Source: Eledone cirrhosa
Taxonomy: Eukaryota
Length of the DNA: 64,000 bases
Assembly (NCBI GenBank): GCA_964016885.1
Contig: OZ024751.1
Location: forward strand, 6,262,001-6,326,000
Direction of reading: 5' to 3'
The notes under the pieces were generated by a model. That model did no database searches. It saw only the letters and a program-made list of their open reading frames with translations, and was not told where the DNA came from. A program made the translations under genes and the position numbers. Position 1 is the stretch's first letter. Each line of letters opens with the position of its first letter. Positions 1-11,706 of this stretch are shown here, piece after piece.

Positions 1-67
1 TAAAGGGACGAAAGTATGCTGGAAAGCATGGCGTCCGACCCTCTACCGATACTGCCAATCTACCGCC
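1..67 (-). mobile_element. SINE 5' (tRNA-like head) fragment, cut by window edge
   Basis: Same orientation and sequence as the head of the copy at 11650-11706; reverse complement of 49960-50000 (GGCGGTAGATTGGCAGTATCGGTAGAGGGTCGGACGCC). Confidence 0.85.
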
Positions 68-89
68 ATAAAAAAAACAAATAATGATT

Positions 90-2112
90 GGTAAATACTA
101 TAACAAAAGAAATAGAAGAATTAGAATCTGATCATACTGAGTTAAATGAAATCATTTATGCATCTGCTCGAGTAATTAAAACAAGTTGTTTACCACTAAA
201 AAAACAAAGTCTAACTTGAGAAGTAAAGCAATTGGGAGCAGTCGAATTGAAAAGGAGATTGACTTATCTTTACTGAATGAACTAATTACTGGAAATGTTG
301 TAAGATCCAGGAAGGGAAGAAAGCTAAAGGGAAAATATGAACATTCTTCTAGAGAATAAAGGAAACAAGAAGTCCAAGTAAAAGCCCAAAGAATTCGTAG
401 ATTTGAGAAGCCAAACAACTTCTACAAGCAAAATAAGTTGTTCTCATCCAATGCCAAGTCATTGTATAAAGAAATAGGAAAGGAGAAAATAACTATTGAA
501 GACCCTCCGTCCATAGAAGAAGTTGGAGTGATGAGGGTCACATAATGCTAATGTAGACTGGATTAGTCGCTTGGAAAAATTTTACACAAATTTACAAGAA
601 CAAGCAAGGGGAGACATCTCTATAGCAGACATCACTCAATAAAGCTCATAAATGGAAATATCCTGATAGAGACAGGGTGCCAATTTTCTGGCTTTCCTCA
701 CTCCCGTGCACTCACAATATATTAGTCAAGCTGTTCAACGGAATTATGAAAGATCCAAAAAATACACCTGACTGGATAGCAAGTGGCATTAACTACCTTC
801 TCCCAAAGAACAATGAAACTAAGGATAAAAAATATAAAAAAGTATCGGCACATAACCTGCTTGACCACCACTTATAAACTATTAACATCTATTCTCATGA
901 AGAAAGCATACGTGTTTTTGGAGGAAAACAATATTTTCTCCATTGAACAAAAAGTGTGCCAACGAAGTTCATATGGTTGTAAGGATCAAATCTTTATTAA
1001 TCCTATGATCCTTGAGAACTGTCATAATAAACACAGAAATCTCAGTTCTGCATGGATCGACTACAAAAAAGCTTTTGACAGTACTCATGCATTCTCAAAT
1101 CACTGGAAATCTTCAAAATCTCACCTGTGATTTCAAACTTCCTGAAACACAATATGTGATTGTGGAACACAAATCTCTAATTATTTCATTCCAATTGAGT
1201 ACTAAGTCCTAAGAATATAAACATCAACTGTGGCATTTTCCGACTTCACTTTTTTGTATAGCTTTAATACCCCTTACACCCAAACTTAATAGGACAAGGT
1301 ACGGTTACAAAATTGACAACAAGAAAATAAGCCATTAATTAATGGCAAAAACAAAAGGGCAACAGCAATTAGCATCAAAGTGGAAACAGAAACCTCTGCA
1401 TGGCAAATATGTGGCATGTGGCAAACAAGCTGATGTTGACCAAGGAACACCCATCAGTGGCTAAATAGCTTAGGGATAAAAGCAAAGCGTGAAGACTTCA
1501 TCTTAGCCCAAGATCAAATATTACTGACACGGAAATACCAGGCCAATATGATGAGAATGGAAGTAAATCCAAAGTGCCGATTCTGCAATGTTGAGGTTAA
1601 ACGGTGGACTACCTAGTTTCTGGATGTAACGTTTTAGCCCCATTAGAGTACAAATATAGACATGACAGAGTTGGCCAATATCTACACTGGGTAATATGTC
1701 GGCATTATAAAATCAAAGCTGCTGAAAAGCGGTACAATCATCACCCTGAGGCTGTAACTGAAGGAGAAAAAGTAACAACAGAACCATGAAAGCTAATAGA
1801 CCAGATATCATTGTAAATTACCAACATAGCAAGGTCTGTTTACTGATTGATATGAGCATCCCATGTTTTTACAATATCGTGGCAAAAGAATTCGACAAGC
1901 TAAGAAATTATAAAGATCTGTTTATTGAAATCGAAAAAATGTGGCACCCCACGCCGTTACGATACCAGCGATTGTGGGAGTACTGGGAATGATGAAGAAA
2001 GGAACAGAACAGTATTTGAGAATGATTCCTGGTTTTCCCTCCCTGTAAAAGGTGTAAAAAAGTGTTTTGACTGGTACTGCACATGTATTGAGAAGAGCAC
2101 TATCTCTGTAAG
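90..2112 (+). pseudogene. Decayed R4/Dong-like non-LTR retrotransposon (RT + RLE), third family, internal deletion near 1340
   Basis: ORF fragments contain YRHITCL, GCKDQ, WIDYKKAFD, the C-terminal knuckle/RHD region and RPDI..D; many stops and frameshifts. Confidence 0.85.
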
Positions 2113-2197
2113 ATTGATATTCCTCCCTGTGTGTGTGGTTTTTTTTTTTGGGGGGGGGGGGTCAGTAGAGCATTATCTATGTAAGAATAAGCCTCCT

Positions 2198-2592
2198 TGT
2201 ATGTGTGTATGTGTGTATGTGTGTGTGCGTGCATGATATCTTATTTATATATATGTATTTATATAAATGTGTGTATGTTTGTGTGAGTATATATGTACGT
2301 GTACACATGTGTATGTATATATATGTATATATATGTAACTGTGTGTATGTATATATATATACATATATATATGTGCTTGTGTGTATGTATATATGTGTGC
2401 GTATATATGCGTATATATGCGTATATATGTGTATATATATATATATATGTATGCATATATATGTGCATATGTGTGTGTACAAGTATGTGTATGTATCTAT
2501 ATGTGTGTATGTATATATATGTGTACATATATATGTGTGTGTATATGTATATATATGTGTGTATTTAGATGTGTATATATATATATATATAT
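2198..2592. repeat. Compound (TA)/(TG) microsatellite
   Basis: Seen directly. Confidence 0.95.
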
Positions 2593-2727
2593 TTAAAAGC
2601 TGTAAATTATATTCAATGTGGTGTGTTAACTGGCTTACCAGTGTATACAGTGAATTTATTTGCCCTAGGTGTCAGGAAGACACTCGGTATATATCAGAAA
2701 CAATACTGAAGGAAAATGAAAACAACA

Positions 2728-2797
2728 ATACTACTACTACTACTACTATTACTACTGCTACTACTACTACTACTACTACTGCTACTACTACTACTAC

Positions 2798-2840
<43 letters not shown>
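2728..2840. repeat. (CTA)n-(TAA)n microsatellite; tail/target of the Tx1 copy
   Basis: Seen directly; abuts the Tx1 3' end (minus strand AATAAAGAAATC-ATTATT). Confidence 0.95.
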
Positions 2841-5800
2841 GATTTCTTTATTAACCACAAGGGTTTACATAAAGTAGACATTAAGGACAGTGCAGGACAA
2901 TGCAGGACGGTACAAATGGGCATTTCTGCGTGTAAAAATCAAAAACAGAGGATGTAACAAAAATAACAATGAAAATAACAATGAAAAATTCCCCAATAGG
3001 GGGGAGACTTCGGAGGGACATTTGTGGAGAAAGCCCAGTAAAAAGCCACAATGACCCTGACCACCAAGGCAAGTGCCCTCTCCCAGTTTTCCACCTTTAG
3101 TTTACAGATATATACTCAGAGTTGGCCCATTCACTCGGGCCATTCTTGCTTCTCTCACCCATCTTTCAACAAAATGCTGGGAAGAGAGCACTTCCCTCTC
3201 TACTCTGATTTTCCTTTTCAAATGAAATTTGAAAAAGTCAATCAGAGCGTCACCGAAGAGGTAAGTGCTCGTCTTCAGCCCTTTCAAACGTGTCCACCAT
3301 ACTATCTCTTTCGCCATGGCCACCAGACAGATAAAAACTGCCTGCCCTTCCCGGCTAAAGGAGGAGGGCGGGGCAATCCTCACGATAGACTCAGATGATA
3401 GCTGGATCCGTCCTAAACGCGACAGCAGGTGTTCGACATAAACCCACAAGTCAGCAATTTTCGGACACTGGACGAGTGCGTGCAGGACGGTTTCGTCGCC
3501 ATGCGCGCATCTCGGACATGCCCGGCTGACGGCACCTCCATGCCTGTAGAGTTTATCCCGAACTGGCAAGGCTCCTCGGTAGCACTGCCAGGCCAGAGAT
3601 TTCTGGAAGTTGTCCATAGGCCCTGGCCCGAAAGTTCTTCCGAAGAGATTGGCTAGTTGATTTTCGTCGACGCCTAGAGTTTCCCCAAGTACGTCGTCGC
3701 TCTTCCCCTCCACTAATTCTCTATAGAACGCCGAGGTGGAGTTTCCACCGATCACATTGCCCGATTGGTCGAGGGCTGTGAGCGCCTGAAGACATTCCAG
3801 TCTCCAGGCGCTCCCTCTCGGTCTTCGCTTGACCCAGGACTGCAGCTCCGTCAAGGAAACGAGCTGGGGAAAAACGCGTCTAGCAAACGGCGACCACACC
3901 TGATCACCGTCGAGGAAGAGGTGGAGATGTCGTAGCCTGAGCGCGTGCCTGCGCATCATCAGCCACGGCATGCCCAGCCCTCCACGTAGCGGGTGTTGAC
4001 AACAGATGGACCGCCTGACCATCGGAGCACGTCCCTTCCACAAAAAGCGAAAGAGCAAACGCTCCAGCGCAGTCAGGCGAGGCTTAGGACAAGGTACGAC
4101 GGTTAGGCGGTAGCAGATGACAGACGCGATGTACGCGTTAGCCACCTCCGCTCGACCTTTCAGGGATAGCTTCCTCTCCGCCCATTTCTGGGTGAGAGAA
4201 GCCACCCTGCTCGTCACCTCGTCCCAGTTTTTGTCCGTCTGGAGGTCCGGACCGAACCAGACCCCTAGCAATTTAACCGGTCCGTCCGTCCAGCGCCCGA
4301 CGACGCTGTTGGACGGCATGGACCTGCCTCTCCAGGTGCCGAGCTGCAGGCCCACTGACTTTTCCTGGTTGATCATTGCTCCTGTCACCGCTTCGTATTC
4401 TCTTAGTGTAGTGCCGATCGCCTCTATGTGTTTGGCGTTCGACACCACTACGGTGACATCGTCCGCATATGCTGACACGGATCTTCCGCATCCTAGTTCG
4501 CGCGGGACTCCCCTCAACGTCTCCAGTTTGTGCAGTAATGGCTCGAGCGTCAATACGTACAAGAGGGACGAGAGGGGACATCCTTGGCGGACCGAGCGCA
4601 TGATGTTGAACGGTTCCGACAGGTGACCGTTCACTCTCACCACAGAGCAGATGTCGCTGTGCATGGCAGCGATCCAGCCTCTGAAGACGGGCCCAAAGCC
4701 AGCCGCCCTCAGGACTGCCGCTAGGTAACGATGGTCGACCCTATCGAAAGCTTTCGACTGATCTAAATTGATCAAGGACCCACCCGTGCCAGGTTCCCTA
4801 GCTACCCTCTCTACGATGTATCGCATGAGGTGGAGGTTGTCGTGGATGGATCTGTCGGGAATGGCGCATGTCTGCGCCTCTCCCACCAGACCACCAACGA
4901 CAAGCGCCAACCTCTTTGCTAGCACCTTGGCCAAAATCTTAAACTCTGTGTTTAGCAGAGTTATGGGCCGGAAATTTTCTATGTTATCCCCCTTGTTCGG
5001 ATCCTTTCTCAGCAGTGCCACCGCTCCTCGGCTCACAGAACTGGGAATTCTCCCGTTCTGTTGCCAGTTGCAGTAGACGTCCGCCAAGAGGCCTCCGAAC
5101 AAGTCTGGCATCTGTACGTAAAGTTCATAGGGCAGACCATCCAAACCAGGCGATTTACCCCTTGTGCAGCCAGTCATTGCCTCCCTTACTTCAGCGGCTG
5201 TTATCGGCTTTTCGCAACACTTCGCCTCAGTGGCCGAGAGCCGCGGCAGTCCGTCGAGGTAGACACTAAAGTCCATCCCTCTACCCGGCCCACCGCTGCC
5301 CCCGAACAGCTGAGCGAAGTGTCGCTGAAAAGCTTCACAGATTTGCCCGGGATCGAGTAGCATGCGCCCGTCGTGGTCCACCAAAGACCGGATCGTGGCT
5401 TTGTTGCCACGACGCGCCTCCGCCACTTGGGCCCATTGCACGGCTTTCGTCCCCTCGTGTCTGAGAGCACGCACCCTTGCTCTGACAACGCAGCCTTCGT
5501 GCTTTGCATTGAAGAATTGGTCAAGGGCCAATTTCGCCGCAAGCACGTCGGTCGCAATGCCTTTGCTAAGCGCCTCGTCTAATTTTCTAACTAGTTCTCC
5601 CTCTGCTCTATTTTTCTCTATTGCTAAAGCCTTACTAAACCTAATCGATTCTATTCTAATCGCTCTTTTCAGAGCAAACCACCACTTGTTGTTGACGATG
5701 GCCCCCGTCAACGCCCGCTTAACTAGTTTGCTAATCCGGTCTCTGTAGGCCTTGCGCGCTGGTAAGGACGCGTTTAGCTTCCAGTAGCCGGGTCCTCGTC

Positions 5801-6660
5801 TATGAAGCCTATCTAAGTCAAGCACACAGATCACGAATTTGTGGTCCGTGTAGCTGACTATCTTGAATTGTGGACAGCCTATGCTAGACCTATCTATTTC
5901 CCTACAAAATACTCTATCTAGATATGATCTGGATGACCCTATGCGGTTTGTCCAAGTCCACATTGGCACATTCGGGAAATCCAATCGGTACCTGTCAGAC
6001 AGTTCAAAACGCCTGAGCAGGTTGGTGAGGCTCTTGCACCCTCCACCCCTATCCGCTAATCCCACACAGTCCCAGCGTGCATCTAAGATCCCGTTCCAGT
6101 CGCCCACTAACACTAAAGAGCGGGACGTTCCAAGAAAGGTCTCCAGACGCCGGAAGAAATCAGGCCGTCCTGCTCCTGTCGGGGCATAGACGGCCACTAG
6201 CCTGAAAGCTTGCCCGTCTCCGCTGGTCACGTCCAGCACCACCAGCTTACCCTCTGGGTCCAGGAAGATGGCCCGTATGGCGAGATCCAAACCTCTCCGA
6301 AAAAGCACAGCAACTCCTCCACCGGATCCAGGACGGCTGGGAGATGCGTACACATCGAAGCCGCCGAAGATCGGTGCGAAGGCCCGTGCTTCGGAGATTC
6401 TGGTCTCGCTGATGGCCACTACATCTATGTTTAGTGACCTGAGGTCGTTGAGCAGGTGACCCTGCTTCCATGACGACCCCAAGCCACGCGCATTTATGCT
6501 GCCTATTCTGAGTGAGGTCATGTTTAAAATAGAGTGGAAAAGATGGGAAAGACCACTTACCGTACTTTTGGTAGAGGAGGGATGGTTTTTACATCCCTTT
6601 TCACTTGATCGTCTGGTGAAGGGACCGTTGAATCGTCCCTTCGGCTGGTCGTCGGCTCTC
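2841..6660 (-). mobile_element. Tx1-clade (L1 group) LINE, 5'-truncated just upstream of ORF2, flanked by (TAA)n on both sides
   Basis: Intact ORF2, ~260-bp 3' UTR with AATAAA; near-identical to 29700-33434. Confidence 0.92.
3102..6521 (-). CDS. LINE ORF2 polyprotein: APE endonuclease + reverse transcriptase + C-terminal Cys/His zinc-binding region (1139 aa, uninterrupted)
   Basis: APE motifs SINARGL, SET, VYAP, GDWN, YLDR, TDH; RT motifs KSPGLDG, FRPITLLN, LDQSKAFD, RQGCPLS, YADD; CPRC..ETVLHALVQC. Confidence 0.95.
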   Translation of the reverse strand: MTSLRIGSINARGLGSSWKQGHLLNDLRSLNIDVVAISETRISEARAFAPIFGGFDVYASPSRPGSGGGVAVLFRRGLDLAIRAIFLDPEGKLVVLDVTSGDGQAFRLVAVYAPTGAGRPDFFRRLETFLGTSRSLVLVGDWNGILDARWDCVGLADRGGGCKSLTNLLRRFELSDRYRLDFPNVPMWTWTNRIGSSRSYLDRVFCREIDRSSIGCPQFKIVSYTDHKFVICVLDLDRLHRRGPGYWKLNASLPARKAYRDRISKLVKRALTGAIVNNKWWFALKRAIRIESIRFSKALAIEKNRAEGELVRKLDEALSKGIATDVLAAKLALDQFFNAKHEGCVVRARVRALRHEGTKAVQWAQVAEARRGNKATIRSLVDHDGRMLLDPGQICEAFQRHFAQLFGGSGGPGRGMDFSVYLDGLPRLSATEAKCCEKPITAAEVREAMTGCTRGKSPGLDGLPYELYVQMPDLFGGLLADVYCNWQQNGRIPSSVSRGAVALLRKDPNKGDNIENFRPITLLNTEFKILAKVLAKRLALVVGGLVGEAQTCAIPDRSIHDNLHLMRYIVERVAREPGTGGSLINLDQSKAFDRVDHRYLAAVLRAAGFGPVFRGWIAAMHSDICSVVRVNGHLSEPFNIMRSVRQGCPLSSLLYVLTLEPLLHKLETLRGVPRELGCGRSVSAYADDVTVVVSNAKHIEAIGTTLREYEAVTGAMINQEKSVGLQLGTWRGRSMPSNSVVGRWTDGPVKLLGVWFGPDLQTDKNWDEVTSRVASLTQKWAERKLSLKGRAEVANAYIASVICYRLTVVPCPKPRLTALERLLFRFLWKGRAPMVRRSICCQHPLRGGLGMPWLMMRRHALRLRHLHLFLDGDQVWSPFARRVFPQLVSLTELQSWVKRRPRGSAWRLECLQALTALDQSGNVIGGNSTSAFYRELVEGKSDDVLGETLGVDENQLANLFGRTFGPGPMDNFQKSLAWQCYRGALPVRDKLYRHGGAVSRACPRCAHGDETVLHALVQCPKIADLWVYVEHLLSRLGRIQLSSESIVRIAPPSSFSREGQAVFICLVAMAKEIVWWTRLKGLKTSTYLFGDALIDFFKFHLKRKIRVEREVLSSQHFVERWVREARMARVNGPTLSIYL

Positions 6661-6678
6661 TAATAATAATAATAATAA

Positions 6679-8830
6679 AAGATTGACTCAGTGACCTGGG
6701 CACCGGCCAAACGTCAACATCAACAACTATGGGACTGCTGGCTCACCCCTTCCTCACCAACAATATAAAAAGCCCCGGCACCACCACCGACATAGCCAAC
6801 AACAATAACAGCCAACTACAACAAAAAGTATATTATATTATTGTAATGCACTGGGTGATTGCTGGCCTTGTGCCTGGAGTGGAGACAATTATTAATAATT
6901 TCATTCTTAAGCTACGCAATGCTCACATTAAGGAACCACTCATGATAATAACAATTTAAAAAAACAACAAAAAGAAAACCCCGTGACCAAGAAATACCGG
7001 GATGGCGGCCGGCGGGGAATAGCCGTGTCTCTAGGGGAGAACGACCCCTCTAGTCTTGGTTGACACTCGTTCTAGATGTGGTAACACGAAATGATTACCC
7101 CTTGGCGGATAAGGATAAAACGCGACAAAATAAAGTAAATGTCTAATGATAAAATCTCATACCGGATATTATCCACTGTGAAGTAGTTCAGTGATGACAC
7201 TAAAATGGAGTTTGGACTAGATAAATGCGCCAAAGCAACGTTCACCAGAGGAAAGCTGCTGAAGAGTTCAGACATTAATCTTGATCGGGGGAACGTGATA
7301 AGAGAACTTGATCAAGACAAAACTTACAAATATCTAGGTGTTTGTGAAGGAGACGGAATCAAGCACTCGACAATGAGGGAAAGGATAAGGAAGGAATGTT
7401 ACCGCAGAGTAAGAGCAATCTTAAGAACGGAATTGAATGCAAGGAATAGGATCGATGCCATAAACACGCTTGCCATACCAGTAGTAACCTACAGTTACAA
7501 TGTCATCAACTGGTCAAGCACAGAGATCCGTAGGCTCGATACAAAAATTCGAAAATTCTTAACCATGCACAGAATGCATCACCCTAAGGCAGATATAGAT
7601 AGAATATATCTCCCTAGGAAAGAAGGAGGACGTGGGTTAATCCAGTTAGACATTGCGTTGAAAACTGCAACAATTGGATTATCTATATATCTAAGGGAAT
7701 GACATGATTGGATGATCAAACTCGTTTTGAAACACGAAAGCATCAAAAGATCATATTCCATTACAAAAGATGCACAAAGATACAGTAATGGACTACAAAT
7801 TTCAGAAGTCCCATTTACTGCTGAAATGGAAAACACAGAAAAATAGAAGCAGGTAAAAGTAACTGCAAAGAAAGAACTGCTACAGAAACTGGCTAAGAAA
7901 TGGCAAGAAAAGCCTCTGTATGGGAAATACCCAGAGCGAGCTAACAATCCTGATGTTGACAAAACTTTAACCCATCAGTGGTTGGCATCCTCTGGACTGA
8001 AATCGGAGACTGAAGGACTGATTATATCAGCACAAGATCAGTGTCTGCCAACAAAAAATTACCAGGCCAACATAATAAAAAATGGATGCAGCCCATTATG
8101 CCGTGTATGCAAAAAACAACCAGAGACCATTGACCATATAATTTCAATGTGCAGTCCTATAGCTCCAACCGAATACCTAAACAGGCATGACAGAGCTGCA
8201 CAATACATACATTGGATAATGTGTAAGCATTTTGACCTGCCCCATCAAAAGAATTGGTGGGAGCATCAACCACCTCCCATACTTGAAAAAGATCACATCT
8301 CAATCTTGTGGAACTTTAGCATCCAAACAGACCGAAAAATAGATGCAAATAGACCTGATATAATATTGAAGGACTTTAAAAAGAGGGTATGCCTGCTAAT
8401 TGATATGTTTGTTCCAATAGACAAGAATGTATCTATAAAAACATTTGAAAAATTGAGCAAGTATAAAGACCTGGAGATAGGAATTGGAAAAATGTAGAAA
8501 TTGAGAACTAAAACAATACCAGTGGTTGTAGGCGCTCTGGGAATGATACCTAAGGGGTCTAATGATTACTTATCGCAAATCCCAGGAAACCCGCGTATAG
8601 GAGAAATACAAAAGATAGTACTAATGGGAACTGCCCATATACTAAGGAAGATTCTGTCAATATAAGTACATCACAAGTCTAAACACTAAGGATGCATGTG
8701 TGAATATGTATGTTCTTTCTTGAACATGGCGGACCTTGTTGTCTCTTGAGGTCACTGGTTGTGACTTGGTGATAACTCGTATGAACATAAAGCAAGATAA
8801 ATGCAAATAATAATAATAATAATAATAATA
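6679..8830 (+). mobile_element. R4/Dong-like family A copy with ~2.1-kb internal deletion and (TAA)n tail
   Basis: 6679-7168 matches the reverse complement of 21795-22285 and 7168-8805 matches 18055-19693; RLE motifs RHD, RPDI..D, KLSKY; premature stops. Confidence 0.92.
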
Positions 8831-9232
8831 AAAACATTTGAAAAAACCATTTGAAAAATTGAGCAAGTATAAGGACCTGGAGATAGAAATTGGAAAAGTG
8901 TGGCAATTTAGAACTAAAACAATACCAGTGGTTGTAGCCGCTCTAGGAATGATACCTAAGGGGTCTAATGATTACTTATAGCAAATCCTAGGAATCCCGC
9001 GTATAGGAGAAATACAAAATATGTTACTAATGGGAACTGCTCATATACTAAGGAAGATTCTGTCAATATAAGTACATCACAAGTCTAAACACCTGAAGAT
9101 GCATGTGTGTGTATGTATGTTCTTTCTTGAACATGGCGTACCTTGTTGTCTCTTGAGGTTACTGGTTGTGACTTGGTGATAACTCGTATGGACATAAAGC
9201 AAGATAAATGCAACTATAATAATAATAATAAT
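8831..9232 (+). mobile_element. 5'-truncated 3' fragment of family A inserted in the tail of the preceding copy
   Basis: Repeats 8437-8805 and ends in its own (TAA)n. Confidence 0.9.
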
Positions 9233-10774
9233 GTATTGACAAAAATTATATATCAATACGAAATCAATATTTTTTTACTCGTACCATAACTTAAATTGCT
9301 CGAGAAATAGCCTCTTGTAATTAATTAAACCAATCACCATTTCTAGTGTTTAATCAATGTGCCAAAATCCTGAATGCACACACTGTCAAAGTTTCATTAA
9401 TTTGCGCTTGGAAGAGAAATGTCTTAAGTTTTTCTCATCCTAATTACATAATGAAAACTCACATTGTAAGTTTGAATTGAACTTAATTAAACTGCTATAA
9501 TTAAAACAAATCAAATCAAGGAGAGTAATTTAACAGTTTTCAGAAAAAAGTACATCATTTTACTTTACGAATATGCACTAGACGTATAAACACTAACACA
9601 TATGCCTATATATCTTTATATTAATGATTTATATTTCAGATAAAACGCTTCTCACCACGTATTTATATAGTTGGAGATATTTCTAGTTTCGTGGAGAAAT
9701 TACAAGCAAATAAAATTATTAGGTTTTCAGAATTTAGTATTATATTCCCGGAAAGCAAAACCTCTTGAGTGTTGTCTTATTCTGCATTAACATTTGTGAT
9801 TCAGAAAGATTTGCCTTTCAACCTTCTGGAAATAAAATACATAACATGTATACATAGGCTTAATAGCATCTATTATGTCCACTATCTATAACGATGAGAC
9901 AGCATACAGATTTGTAAAATCAATATATATTACAGTTTTCTTGATATAAACATATATTTTTGTGTATACAAGCATGAATTGGCAGACATTTTATAGATAA
10001 GTAGGAAAAATATTCATGTCCTGTTATTACGAAATGCATTCACTATTTATCTGTGACAAAAATTACACTGGAATGGCAAACATATTCAGAATATCCAGCT
10101 CGTATGAATATATTTCTCATAAATTTCATTTTCTTGTTGTTTATTATTTGTTTTTTAATTTTAGGTTACCTTTTACACTTCAGATTAATCAGAAACGCTT
10201 CTATTAAGCAATGCAATTAGTCTTAATTGAATGTTTTCGTTTCTTTCTTTAGACAATCAATATGTAAATTGCAGTTTGTTACGCTGCATGCAATCGATTG
10301 ATATACATCCATGCTCTCTACGTGGTCCCTTTATATCTGATTATCTTATAGTTCTCCCTCAATCACTTTATCTTTCTTTATCGATTGAATACTTCACAAC
10401 AGTTAAAATATATGCATGTGTATGTTTCCGTATATATGTGCCTATTTGTATGCGGGGTAAATTCACTTTTTAAAAGTTATTAATAGGATAATGTTAACTG
10501 AAACTATTCTAAACCATTATATGAATTCGGCATATAATTTCTGTTGGACTAGTGAAATGTGTGTAAGTCAATTAGGCGAGTTACTATAATAATCATTGAC
10601 TTATTGTTTAATATTTATTTATATGATCTGTGAAATTATGACCCGACTGTGATTTCTCCAATCCTTCATGTTGTGGACTGTAAAATCGCTTTAGGCTTGA
10701 TATATTGTTGGATATATGGACACACACACAGACACACACACAAACACACAAACACACACATACTCATATATATA

Positions 10775-11220
10775 CTAGACCTGAAAAATGCGTAAGCTCA
10801 AAAGAGCCACAGAATGTTATGATAAACCTTCAAAAGTGTGGGACTAGAGTTGTTGCTCAAACATATTGGAATCATTATCTATCGTACACTCTGTGGGATC
10901 CTTTTATAAAAAAGAGACTCATAACGAACTCAAGACGACACGATAATTATTTAAGCTAATGTTCAATATCTCATATTAGATGTTTAGTAATGATTAATAC
11001 GAAATGCACTTAAACCGAATTCTATACTATAAATTCAATTAAATAATTATCCGGTCGTCTTGAGTTCGTTATGAGTCTCTTTTTTTTATAAAAGGATGCC
11101 ACAGAGTGTAGGATAGATAATGATTGCAATATTTTTGAGCAACAACTCTAGTCCCACACTTTTGAAGGTTTATCATAACATTCTGTGGCTCTTTTGAGCT
11201 TGCGCATTTTTCAGGTCTAG
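10775..11220. repeat. Fold-back element: ~178-bp inverted arms (10775-10952, 11041-11220), ~88-bp spacer
   Basis: CTAGACCTGAAAAATGCG...CGCATTTTTCAGGTCTAG; arms complementary along their length; no clear TSD. Confidence 0.85.
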
Positions 11221-11514
11221 CTTAATATTTTTTTAAGGCAACGCTTGTAATAACTCTAATTAAACGTGATATATATTAATAATAAATTATCGTTGTAATG
11301 TAATTAGATTATATAATTTTTATTTTATAATTGATCGTATAAATATTACTGTAAGATGTATAAAAATATTTTCAGACTTTTCATATAAACAACTACAAAA
11401 AATAATCAATATTAAATAAATATATTTTACATAATAATTGTTATAGTTGAATTAATAAAAATTAAATATTACATACAAATAGTCTAACATAATAATAATA
11501 AAAATAATCTAACA

Positions 11515-11706
11515 TAATAATTGTTTCTACTATTGGCACAAGGCCAGAAATTACCCAGTACATTACGGTACTTTATTTTATCGACCCCGTAAGGATGAAA
11601 GGCAAAGTTAACCTCGGCGGGATTCTAACTCAGAATGGCAAGGGCCGTAACTCTATGCTTCAAAGCATAGCGTCCGACCCTCTACCGATACTGCCAATCC
11701 ACCGCC
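11515..11706 (-). mobile_element. Full-length tRNA-derived SINE
   Basis: A-box-like TGGCAGTATCGG, degenerate B box, central CTTTCATCCTTACGGGGTCGATAAAATAAAGTAC domain, 3' GTAGAAACAATTATT. Confidence 0.88.

Noticed and set aside
2177-2957. Long ORFs rich in YI/CV/HT and similar ORFs throughout (38.6, 41.3, 45.4, 47.9, 55, 56.6, 58 kb)
   Set aside because: Translations of stop-free microsatellites.
4117-6459. Antisense ORFs over Tx1 ORF2 and the R4 ORFs
   Set aside because: Shadow frames with no independent motifs; they recur only because the copies are near-identical.
6729-6959. 76-aa upstream ORF present in both family A copies
   Set aside because: Copies are too similar for conservation to be informative, and the ORF runs through a SINE remnant and AAC repeats.
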